DNA of 64,000 nucleotides from a virus (taxonomy: Duplodnaviria > Heunggongvirae > Uroviricota > Caudoviricetes), in the IMG/VR virus record IMGVR_UViG_3300021400_000028, positions 42,250 to 106,249 of that record; one strand, written 5' to 3'. Shown piece by piece: positions 1-8,271 of the stretch. Numbering within the stretch: the stretch's first letter is position 1; each line of letters starts with the position of its first letter. Both the position numbers and the translations under genes were made by a program. The notes under the pieces are model-generated. The model saw only the letters and a list, made by a program, of their open reading frames with translations, did not search any database and had not been told where the DNA came from.

Positions 1-1
1 A

Positions 2-1780
2 AGAACTGGGGATAATACTTGAGCTTTAGATAGTACAAGTTATGCTTCTGCGAGCGCCCTATCCGGCTATCTGCCGCTGACGGGCGGGACGCTGACGGGG
101 GAATTAAACATTCGGGACAGCTCGCTGAACTTTGTTTCTTCCACTGCCGGGAGTCTAATTCATAGATTGGCTAATAGCTCCAATCACCAGCCGTCATGGT
201 TTGACGGAACCAGTTGGAAAACGATTGCGTATGCGGCTGACTTAAATGACTATGTAAGGAAGTCCGGTGATGTTATTACCGGGCAGATTTACATGAACAA
301 TAGCTATTTTATTTTCAGGACTGCAGAGAGTGTTAATATCGGACACCTAAACGCGAGGGCAAGCGACAACGCCCTTATCTGGTATGATACTACGAAGTGG
401 AATACTGTCTGACACTCCGGTAACTCCAACCTTTCCACGGTGGATTGGAACGCGAAAGCACTTAACACAAACGACAGGATATTTATTAATTGTGGTAGTG
501 ATGGTTCCAAGCCGACTATAATGTGGAACAAGGCCGGAAACCTTGGTTGTATAGGGTATAGCGGTAATTCAATCGTGATAGGAGATTGTACGAATAGTTC
601 TTCTACTACATTTGCTAATACTTTTGTAAATATAACAACTGGCGGTAATGTCGGTATCGGCACTTCTTCTCCAGCCTACAAGCTGGATGTTCACGGAATC
701 TCGGCAAGTAATTATATGCTATTTTACGGGACTGATGGGACTACCGTTCAGGGGTATGTTGGTCGCGCTGGTTCTGTTAATAATACTATTTATCTTGATT
801 CTTATAACAAAAATAACATATCAATAGCTATCGGAGGAGGCAAGGTTGGCATCGGAACGGCTAGTCCCTCTTCCACATTAAGCCTATATACGAATGGAAC
901 CACAAATGAAACAAATATAACATTGACATCGGATGGGACCGGTGGAGATATTGGTTCTATCTATATACAGAAGGAAAGTGGAAACGGGTTTGTTTTCGCG
1001 GAACTCAATCGTGATTTCATTTGGAGAGTAGGAGAAGGCTCTACTGCGGGAGGTGGTGGAACAGAGCGGATGAGGCTGAACAATGCTGGCAATCTTGGTA
1101 TTGGCATTAGCTCGCCTTCGTACATGCTCGATGTGAATGGTGCCGCCAGAGCCACTCAAATTATTACACCGTCTATTAGTAATTCGAGTGGTATTTCTAT
1201 TACTGCTGATTATATTGGTTTAGAAGCTACTGGTGATTCACTTGATTTTACATCTCCGGATTCGTTTAATTTCTCTGGAGGTGGTGATATGTATATCACG
1301 AATAATAATGTTTATGCAAATGGGTTCGTCAAAACAGGTGGTACATCATCTCAATTTCTTAAAGCAGATGGTAGTGTTGATAGTAATACTTATTTGAGTA
1401 CTGCATCGCTATCTGGATATCTTCCTTTAACTGGAGGTACTATTACTGGTAGTTTAACTGTTAATAATAGAATAACTACTAGAAATATTGGTAGTGGCTC
1501 TTATCAAAACTGACACATTAAAGATGATTCAGATATTAATTCCAGCTCTAATAATCTTGAAATTTATACTGAAGATGAACTGCGTATTAATGCAGGATCT
1601 ATAGAAATGTCTGCTGATGATATTACCATTAATAATGTTTATGATCTTAATTTTGGACAAATTAAAATTAGCACATATCAAAATACATTTATTATTGATA
1701 ATACTGTTACAAAAAGTCGTTACTTGATACATTTAGATGGAACTAATAGCGGTGATTATGTTGAATTTGAGAGATATTAA
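2..1780 (+). CDS. Tail fibre / receptor-binding protein, 3' part (592 aa visible; 5' end outside window; TGA=Trp)
   Basis: Frame open from base 2 to TAA 1778-1780 if TGA at 20-22, 410-412 and 1511-1513 is Trp (the 410 TGA gives the fibre-typical VWHSGN). Three GN(V/L)GIG-x-SSP-type repeats and two LSGYLPLTGGT(L/I)TG repeats are typical phage fibre modules. Confidence 0.8.
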
Positions 1781-1820
1781 TAACAAAAAAGGCTACTCTT
1801 ATGAGTAGCCTTTTCTTTTT
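1781..1820. terminator. Bidirectional intrinsic terminator
   Basis: GGCTACTC-TTAT-GAGTAGCC hairpin (1791-1810) with an A-tract before and a T-tract after, between convergent genes. Confidence 0.9.
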
Positions 1821-2107
1821 TATTTTATATTCTGTAAATCTTCTAATGTTCAGAACAATTCTTTAAATCCTTGTTCTTTTCTTCCTTTTGGTATCTTTCC
1901 ACTTCGAACTCAGTTATCAAATGTTGCACGACTTATTTTAAGATACTTACATGCTTGATATTTACTAAGTTTATTTTGTGTATTCGTTGCTTTATTAAGA
2001 ATTTCTAAATATCCAGTACATTGTTCGTCTGTAAATGCTGAATTACCAGTATCAATTCCATTAGCAATTTCTAATAAAGTATCTCTAAGTAGTTCTTGTT
2101 TTGACAT
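1820..2107 (-). CDS. Small helix-turn-helix (Xis/HTH_17-like) DNA-binding protein, 95 aa (2 TGA=Trp)
   Basis: LSKYQACKYLKISRATFDN-W-VRSGKIPKG is an excisionase/MerR-like HTH; the W is a TGA. Ends at TAA 1820-1822. Confidence 0.75.
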
Positions 2108-2477
2108 TATATTTATTTTTAAGGTACATCCCGATTAATATAAATACTATTGTTATTGTTGAATAGACGAATATCATTTGTAGATTATTGATTGGGATTG
2201 TTCAAGTATAATCAATTCATGAAATTGCATTATTTATTCATGTATAATATAATGGTAGTCTGTGTCAAATGCAACATCTAAATGTAAATGATGCAAATAA
2301 TCACATTGCTGTTGGAATTAATGATACTTGAAACAGTATGGATAGAATTGGTGTAGTTATTCCAAAACATCCAAATATAACAGTAATAAATGATATAATC
2401 CCGATTAAAAATGAACCGTATTTTAAAAATATCAGAAATCATCGATATCCAACTAAACTAATTGACTTCTCCTCCAT
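2085..2477 (-). CDS. Small multi-pass membrane protein, 130 aa (6 TGA=Trp; missed by ORF track)
   Basis: MEEKSISLVGYRWFLIFLKYGSFLIGIISFITVIFGCFG... has several hydrophobic segments and is open to TAG 2085-2087 only with TGA=Trp. Confidence 0.75.
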
Positions 2478-2748
2478 TATTCTTCATTGTTACATGTTCT
2501 TTTCCTAAACTTAAATTTGTAAATCAACCCATTCCACGTCCTCTAGGTTTATTCATTCAATCTTGTTTTGTAGGTTCTTCCTGAGGAACTTGTTCAATTG
2601 GTTTGGATTGGTCAATTTCTTGTACATTTTCTTCACTTTTAGGAAAGAATCTTTCTGAATTCCTATTTATCGTTTTTTCCATTGATGCTCTTATTTTCTG
2701 CATCATCTCCTGTATTTGCTGTGTTGTTAAATTTATGTTTTCTGGCAT
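2458..2748 (-). CDS. Hypothetical Gln/Glu-rich protein, 96 aa (2 TGA=Trp)
   Basis: Track ORF 2557..2748 extends through TGA (QD-W-MNKPRGRGMG-W-FTN) to TAG 2458-2460, overlapping the start of the next gene. Confidence 0.65.
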
Positions 2749-2784
2749 AATATAAAAGTTTTAAAATTAAACATCTTTTTGCAG

Positions 2785-2815
2785 CAAATATAATAATTAA
2801 TTTCTAAAAATCAAA
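2785..2815 (-). promoter_or_regulatory. Bacteroidetes sigma-A type promoter (leftward)
   Basis: Minus strand TTTG (2815-2812), 19-nt spacer, TATATTTG (2792-2785) matches the -33/-7 consensus TTTG-N19-21-TAnnTTTG. Confidence 0.8.
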
Positions 2816-2933
2816 ATTATTTCTTTAGTAACGTATTGAAACTTAAAAATCTTTATAACTAACTATAAATCAATCCATTAAAATATTTTAAACTTTCTTT
2901 TAGCATTGTTCTATTTTTGGCCATTTTATGTCG

Positions 2934-2972
2934 TATCTTTGCACCGTTGATCAACAGTAGTCGGATTTCCGA
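2934..2972 (+). promoter_or_regulatory. Promoter -7 box with two downstream palindromes (possible operators)
   Basis: TATCTTTG at 2934-2941, perfect palindrome GTTGATCAAC 2946-2955 and inverted repeat TCGGA-TT-TCCGA 2961-2972. The -33 TTTG is less well spaced (2916-2919). Confidence 0.6.
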
Positions 2973-3008
2973 TGAATTATACGTTTAATTTTTAAAACAT
3001 TAACAAAA

Positions 3009-3908
3009 ATGGCTGACGAAAAAACTTATGTATTTGACAGTGCATCTCGTAATGATATTCCTCTTGCTTATGCACTTAACAACAACGGTTGGGGCAATGG
3101 TGGTTATGGCCTCGGTGGTTGAGGTGGTGGTATTCTCGGTTTCCTTCTTGGCGCTATGTTTGGTGGCGGTTTTGGAGGCTGGGGTAATGGTTTCGGTGGC
3201 GGCATGGCCGGTGCTGGCTATCTTGGAAACACCATGAATAACAACAATAACACTGATTTAATTATGCAGGCTATTAATGGTACAGATTCTGACGTTCGTT
3301 TACTTGCTACTACTCTTAACGCTGATGTAAATGAAGTACGTTCTGCTATTTCTACGATTAATACAGGTATTGCTAATGTTGGTTCTCAGGTTGGTTTAAC
3401 TGGTCTTCAGGTAGTTAACGCTATTCAGGCCGGTGATGCTAGTCTTGCTAGTCAATTAGCTTCGTGTTGCTGCGAAAATCGTCTTTTAACTACTACACAG
3501 GGTTATGAGAATCAGATTCGTACTATTGAGCAGACAAATACTCTTAGCACTCAGGCTGAACGTAACACTGGTTCCATCATTGACGCTATTAATGCTCAAA
3601 CTATTGCTATGAACGATCAGTTCTGTGCTTTGAAGGAACGTGAACTTCAGAATAAGATTGATACTCTTACTGCTGCTAATACTTCCCTCCGTGGACAGAT
3701 TGACAATGCTAATCAAACCGCTGCTGTTGCTGCTATGCTTGCTCCAATTCAGAAAGAAGTTTCTGAAATTAAAGCTGCACAGCCTAACACAGTTGCTGTA
3801 CAATGGCCTCAATTAACTGCTGTGCCTTCGACTTATCTTTACGGTAATGGCAGCTACTATGGTGGTTATCCTTATTACTATGGTGGAAACGGCTCTATCT
3901 GGGCATAA
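3009..3908 (+). CDS. Gly-rich / coiled-coil / Cys-Cys-Cys / Tyr-Gly-tail protein of unknown function, 299 aa (true start upstream of track ORF; 1 TGA=Trp)
   Basis: ATG 3009 (MADEKTYVFD) is in frame with track ORF 3156..3908 through TGA 3120-3122. Motifs GILGFLLGAMFGGGFGGW, QLASCCCENRL and C-terminal YLYGNGSYYGGYPYYYGG. Confidence 0.85.
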
Positions 3909-3933
3909 TTGCTTAGGAGGGGCATAGTACACT

Positions 3934-4266
3934 ATGGGAACTAGTTTTTTATTTAATAGAGTGAATCTAAACGGAATTCCTTGTATTGAAACTGCAAGTA
4001 TTACTGAAAATGCAACTTCTGTAACGTATAACTTTAATCCTTCACCTGCAGTAAGCCCTAGATTTTCTGGAATTATTGCTGTACGTGTTGACGAAGTTCC
4101 TACTAATACTGCATTGCCTGTAAGCTTTAATGTTCCAAGTATAGCTGGTACTACAATTGCTTTAACACTTATTGGTGGAACTCAAGCAACTGGTGCTGAC
4201 TTAGAAGAAGGAATTCATATCGTTTTCTATGATAGATTCAACGGAATTTTACAATTGTTAGTTTAA
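3934..4266 (+). CDS. Hypothetical beta-rich protein, 110 aa
   Basis: Intact ORF tightly spaced in operon; sequence rich in T/V/P beta-strand-like segments. Confidence 0.75.
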   Translation: MGTSFLFNRVNLNGIPCIETASITENATSVTYNFNPSPAVSPRFSGIIAVRVDEVPTNTALPVSFNVPSIAGTTIALTLIGGTQATGADLEEGIHIVFYDRFNGILQLLV

Positions 4267-4270
4267 TTTT

Positions 4271-4774
4271 ATGTTTCAATCAGTAAGACCTAATAGTCCT
4301 ATATATGTATTACATAAAGGGGACAATCCTCGTTTAGAAACTGGTTATGTTGCTAATCAGCCAATTCCTAAACCTAAATATCAAATGCCACATACTTTTG
4401 GGCAACCGCAAGAGATGATTGTAGATTTAGTAATCAAACTTAATGATGTATCTATAAATTTAAATGCAATTCCGGCTGGGTTGGATATTGCAGATTCTTA
4501 TAGTAATGGTGAAAACATTGTTATTTCTGATAGCAGAGAGGCAATGAATTCAGAAATATTAAGTTTGAAACAGAAAAGTGTTGATATTTTAAATAGTGCT
4601 CCTTATCATAAGTCACTTATACAGCAATATGATAAATTGCTTTCTGATTTTAATCCAGAAATGGCAGAAAAGCAAGCTCAACAGCAAGAAATTGCAAGCC
4701 TTAGAAACCAGATGAATGAGATGTCCAAAAACATGGCTTTGCTGATTGAACAATTAAAAAATAAGGAGAAATAA
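4271..4774 (+). CDS. Hypothetical protein with C-terminal coiled coil, 167 aa
   Basis: Intact ORF, 4 nt after previous stop; C-terminal AEKQAQQQEIASLRNQMNEM heptad pattern. Confidence 0.8.
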   Translation: MFQSVRPNSPIYVLHKGDNPRLETGYVANQPIPKPKYQMPHTFGQPQEMIVDLVIKLNDVSINLNAIPAGLDIADSYSNGENIVISDSREAMNSEILSLKQKSVDILNSAPYHKSLIQQYDKLLSDFNPEMAEKQAQQQEIASLRNQMNEMSKNMALLIEQLKNKEK

Positions 4775-4775
4775 C

Positions 4776-4976
4776 ATGAGAATGTGGGAAATACGCGAAA
4801 AAGACCGTAGCAAAGGTAGAGACTATCGTGAAGATATGCGGCATGATAAATCAATAGATGAAGCATACGAATGTGGCTATGAAGATGGCTACGAAGATGC
4901 TATGAAAGAATTAGAAGATAGTTATGGTGAGCGTTCTTATAGATCTTCTAGCAGACGCTCTATGAAAATGCGCTAG
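4776..4976 (+). CDS. Small highly charged (Arg/Asp/Glu/Tyr/Ser) protein, 66 aa
   Basis: Intact ORF ending TAG; YECGYEDGYED repeats and RSYRSSSRRS tail. Confidence 0.7.
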   Translation: MRMWEIREKDRSKGRDYREDMRHDKSIDEAYECGYEDGYEDAMKELEDSYGERSYRSSSRRSMKMR

Positions 4977-4978
4977 TT

Positions 4979-5386
4979 ATGAGATTAGATGCAAGAGATA
5001 AGTTTCCTTCTGGAATGGAAGAATACTTAGCAATGTATGGTTGACACTTTAGTAAAAAGATGTGTGAATGAGTAGTTTCTAACATGTATAAAACTACTGA
5101 TGGGAAGAAAATTCCAATTATTCCCATTAAAAAAGAGGATATTGATAGAATACTCAAGGAAAATAACATTACATTAGATAACAAATATGGTTATGATTAT
5201 GTCTTTGCTGCAAATATGTGCAAAGCCGATTATCTAGGAAGCTCTGTACCAGACGAACATCATCTTGCATTATTTGTTAAAGATTATGTAGATGATCCTG
5301 ATGGATATCCTGAATTGCCTTTCACAAGATTTTATGGTGATACGATTGGATTGGGGTTGTCTATTGATTGAGAAGAAATGATTTAA
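4979..5386 (+). CDS. Conserved-looking hypothetical protein, 135 aa (3 TGA=Trp)
   Basis: ATG 4979 MRLDARDKFP...YG-W-HFSKKMCE-W-VVS joins track ORF 5084..5371 and runs to TAA 5384-5386. Confidence 0.8.
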
Positions 5387-5388
5387 TT

Positions 5389-5805
5389 ATGTTATTAGCA
5401 CAAGAGTTTTACTTATACGATTATTATTGAACCGTTAAAGTGTTTTATGCTGTTGATTCAATACCAATTGATTATGTTCTCACAGAACTTGAGAAAATTG
5501 GATGCTCAGGAGAAGATCTTGACTCTGCAGAATTTGTTTTGACTGACGGAACTAATAAAGGTTTAACATATTCTAACTTTAATGACCGTGAATCAATAGT
5601 TGTTATAGGTGTCACATCTTGTCCTGCAGAATTTCAACATACATACGATCATGAGAAACTTCATCTAGCAATGCATATAGCGCAGCACTTCGATATAGAT
5701 CCTTTTAGTGAGGAATTAGCCTATTTAGTTGGCGATATTGGATTGGAAATGTTTCCAATCGCAAAGAAGTTTTTATGTGAACATTGTAGAGAAGAATTAG
5801 AATAG
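5389..5805 (+). CDS. Putative small zinc metallopeptidase (HExxH), 138 aa (1 TGA=Trp)
   Basis: ATG 5389 is in frame with track ORF 5440; HEKLH at 5650-5664 with downstream EELAY as candidate third zinc ligand. Confidence 0.6.
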
Positions 5806-5815
5806 ATTTTTTATT

Positions 5816-5850
5816 AAAGGTGGAGATTGAAAAAATCTTCACCTTTTTTG
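5816..5850 (+). terminator. Intrinsic terminator closing the 3009-5805 operon
   Basis: AAAGGTGGAGATT-GAAAA-AATCTTCACCTTT hairpin followed by T-tract. Confidence 0.8.
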
Positions 5851-5868
5851 TTAATTTTTGTAAAAAAA

Positions 5869-5900
5869 TTTGGAAAATTGAAATTTATTTTATATATTTG
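5869..5900 (+). promoter_or_regulatory. Bacteroidetes sigma-A type promoter
   Basis: TTTG 5869-5872, 20-nt spacer, TATATTTG 5893-5900. Confidence 0.85.
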
Positions 5901-5987
5901 CACCGAATATGAAAAGTTTAGAAAAATTTTAAATTTCTAAATTTAAGAATAAAAAAGATGCAATAAGAACTAATAAGTTAATGTTTT

Positions 5988-6473
5988 ATGATTGAATTAA
6001 AAAATTATCAATTGGATGAAATTATATCCATCCTAAACAAGGTTCAGTTAAACAAAATTACTGATGCAGAAATGCGTAAGACTATTTTAAAGTTTGTTTT
6101 GCTGATGCCAAAGAAGTTAGAATCTGTTAAGAACGAGATCGATGAAACTAGAAAGAAGTTTTTTAGTGAATTTAAAGAAGAAGATCTTAATAAATTTCAG
6201 GTAGCACTTAATGAAATCAGTGAGCTTATAAAAGACGGGAAGACTACAGAAGCTCTAAAGAAAGATGCTGAAGTTTCCAAAGAATTTCCAGAAATTGTAA
6301 CAGCTTATAAGAACTTTAATGATGCAATTAATTCTCTTCAGAAAGAAACGGTTGAATTAACACTTGAACCTATTAAAGTTGAGGATTTTATTGATGCTAT
6401 GACTAAACAGGATATTACAATTTCTGCAAAAGAAATCAATATACTTAATCCTATTTTTATAAATGAATCTTAA
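5988..6473 (+). CDS. Hypothetical alpha-helical/coiled-coil protein, 161 aa
   Basis: Intact ORF downstream of promoter, K/E-rich. Confidence 0.75.
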   Translation: MIELKNYQLDEIISILNKVQLNKITDAEMRKTILKFVLLMPKKLESVKNEIDETRKKFFSEFKEEDLNKFQVALNEISELIKDGKTTEALKKDAEVSKEFPEIVTAYKNFNDAINSLQKETVELTLEPIKVEDFIDAMTKQDITISAKEINILNPIFINES

Positions 6474-7089
6474 TATTAAACTTATAATATCTTTTGTTTG
6501 TTTAGCTTTAATAGTTGGATTGGGTTGGTTTGTTGTCAATCAAAATAAACAAATTCGAGAACTTAATCAGAATCTGGAATATGCTATTAATAACAACAAA
6601 GCATATGAAGCTGAAAATAGCACTTTAAATGATCAGATTATTGAGTTTAAAATGACAGCTAAACAACTTTCTTATAGTCGTGATTCTCTAACTCAAAAGT
6701 TAAATAATGTTAGAAACGAACTTAAAATAAAAGATAAACAAATAAAAGAACTACAATATATTGCTTCAGAGAACAGAAAACGCGATACTGTTCGATTAAA
6801 AGATACAATCTTCGTTGAAGGGGTTGCACTTGACACTTTAATTCAGGATAAATGAAGTAGTCTTAAACTTCAAGCACAATATCCAAATCTTTTAAATGTT
6901 GATTATTCTTTCAACAACTCTACAATGATTCTAACACACACTTCTCGTGTAACTGTAGATCCTCCTAAAAAGTGTTGAATTGCAAGATTGTTTCAAAAGA
7001 AGCATACTATTGTAGAAATAGATGTCATCCAAGAAAATCCTTATTGTACAACAAAAGAGGAAAAATTTATAGAAATAATTGATAAATAA
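6463..7089 (+). CDS. Putative spanin-like lysis/membrane protein, 208 aa (2 TGA=Trp)
   Basis: N-terminal transmembrane helix followed by a long coiled coil; reads through TGA 6853 and a second TGA to TAA 7087-7089. Function inferred from architecture only. Confidence 0.5.
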
Positions 7090-7121
7090 TTTGGAATTTT
7101 AAAAAATTATTTTTATATTTG
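7090..7121 (+). promoter_or_regulatory. Bacteroidetes sigma-A type promoter for the capsid operon
   Basis: TTTG 7090-7093, 20-nt spacer, TATATTTG 7114-7121. Confidence 0.85.
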
Positions 7122-7159
7122 CGGATGATTAGTAATAACTCTTTAATGAACTAATGTAA

Positions 7160-8248
7160 ATGGACCAGGAATTTGAAGGAATTAATTACGATAGCCTTTT
7201 AGAAGAGCCTACTCAGGAACAACATGTTGAAGAATCTACTCAGTTTGAGCCGATTCAAACTCCAGATGATCTCGTTGATGCTGAAGACCATCAAGAGCCG
7301 AATGTTGAAGATGTCACAACTGAACCCGAAGACGATGCTCTTACAAGTTATCTTAAATCTCGTGGCATAGAAGATGTCACAAAAATTCAATTTGAAAACG
7401 ATGAAGGTGAAATTGAAGAAAAGAATTGGAATGACCTTTCTAAAGAAGAACAACTTACAATGCTTCAAGAACTATCTTCATCTGATTATACAGATTATGA
7501 ACGTCAGGTAATTAACTATCTTCGTACTAATAATACGGATTTACAGGGTGTTATTGACTATTTCTCACAGAAAGCTGTTGATGATTATCTTAAAGCAAAT
7601 CCAGATAAAGTACATCAGCGTGAATATAAGATTGATGATTATTCTGATGATGAATTATATATTGCAGATTTAAAACTTAAGTTCCCTGATTTTACAGATG
7701 AGGAACTTGAATCTAAATTGGAATCTGCAAAAACAAATGAGGAACTCTTCAATCGTGAAGTTGCAGCTCTACGCAATTATTACAAACAAGAAGAGGAACG
7801 TGAGGAAGAAGCCGCTAAACAGTCGGCAGAACAGGAGTATCAACATCTACAGCAATCTCTTTTAGATGCAGCATCCAAGTTTACTGAAGTTAAATTTGAT
7901 TTAGATGATGCAGAAGATCAAGGAGGATTTGAAATTGAAGATTCTGATAGACAACGAGCTCTTGCTTACTTGCTCGCACAAGATAAAGATGGTAATAGTC
8001 AGTTTGATAAAGATTTATCAGATCCTAATGCTTTATTTGAAATTGCTTATTTGAGAACTAGTGCACGCGATCTTATTACTGGTACAAGTCAGTATTATAA
8101 AGGTTTGCTTGCAGAAACTAGAAAAGAGTTAGCAAAAACAAAGAAAGCTTTGGAGAAATATGAAAAGAAAGGTGCAAACACCACTGTTACCAAACCAAGC
8201 CAGACAAATAATAATGAAGATAGATCTGGTAATTACGTTTGGATTTAA
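7160..8248 (+). CDS. Acidic conserved crAss-like protein upstream of MCP (putative scaffolding protein), 362 aa
   Basis: Very D/E-rich, located directly before the major capsid gene as in crAss-like capsid modules; both Trp are TGG. Confidence 0.65.
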   Translation: MDQEFEGINYDSLLEEPTQEQHVEESTQFEPIQTPDDLVDAEDHQEPNVEDVTTEPEDDALTSYLKSRGIEDVTKIQFENDEGEIEEKNWNDLSKEEQLTMLQELSSSDYTDYERQVINYLRTNNTDLQGVIDYFSQKAVDDYLKANPDKVHQREYKIDDYSDDELYIADLKLKFPDFTDEELESKLESAKTNEELFNREVAALRNYYKQEEEREEEAAKQSAEQEYQHLQQSLLDAASKFTEVKFDLDDAEDQGGFEIEDSDRQRALAYLLAQDKDGNSQFDKDLSDPNALFEIAYLRTSARDLITGTSQYYKGLLAETRKELAKTKKALEKYEKKGANTTVTKPSQTNNNEDRSGNYVWI

Positions 8249-8271
8249 TTAATTATTAATTTTTATTATAT

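Noticed and set aside
1-1780. Diversity-generating retroelement or invertible shufflon acting on the fibre
   Set aside because: No reverse transcriptase, template/variable repeat pair, recombinase or inverted crossover sites seen in the window; the peptide repeats are diverged at the DNA level.
5988-8248. Absence of terminase, portal and endolysin next to the capsid genes
   Set aside because: The window starts inside a fibre gene, so these genes probably lie upstream; absence cannot be claimed.
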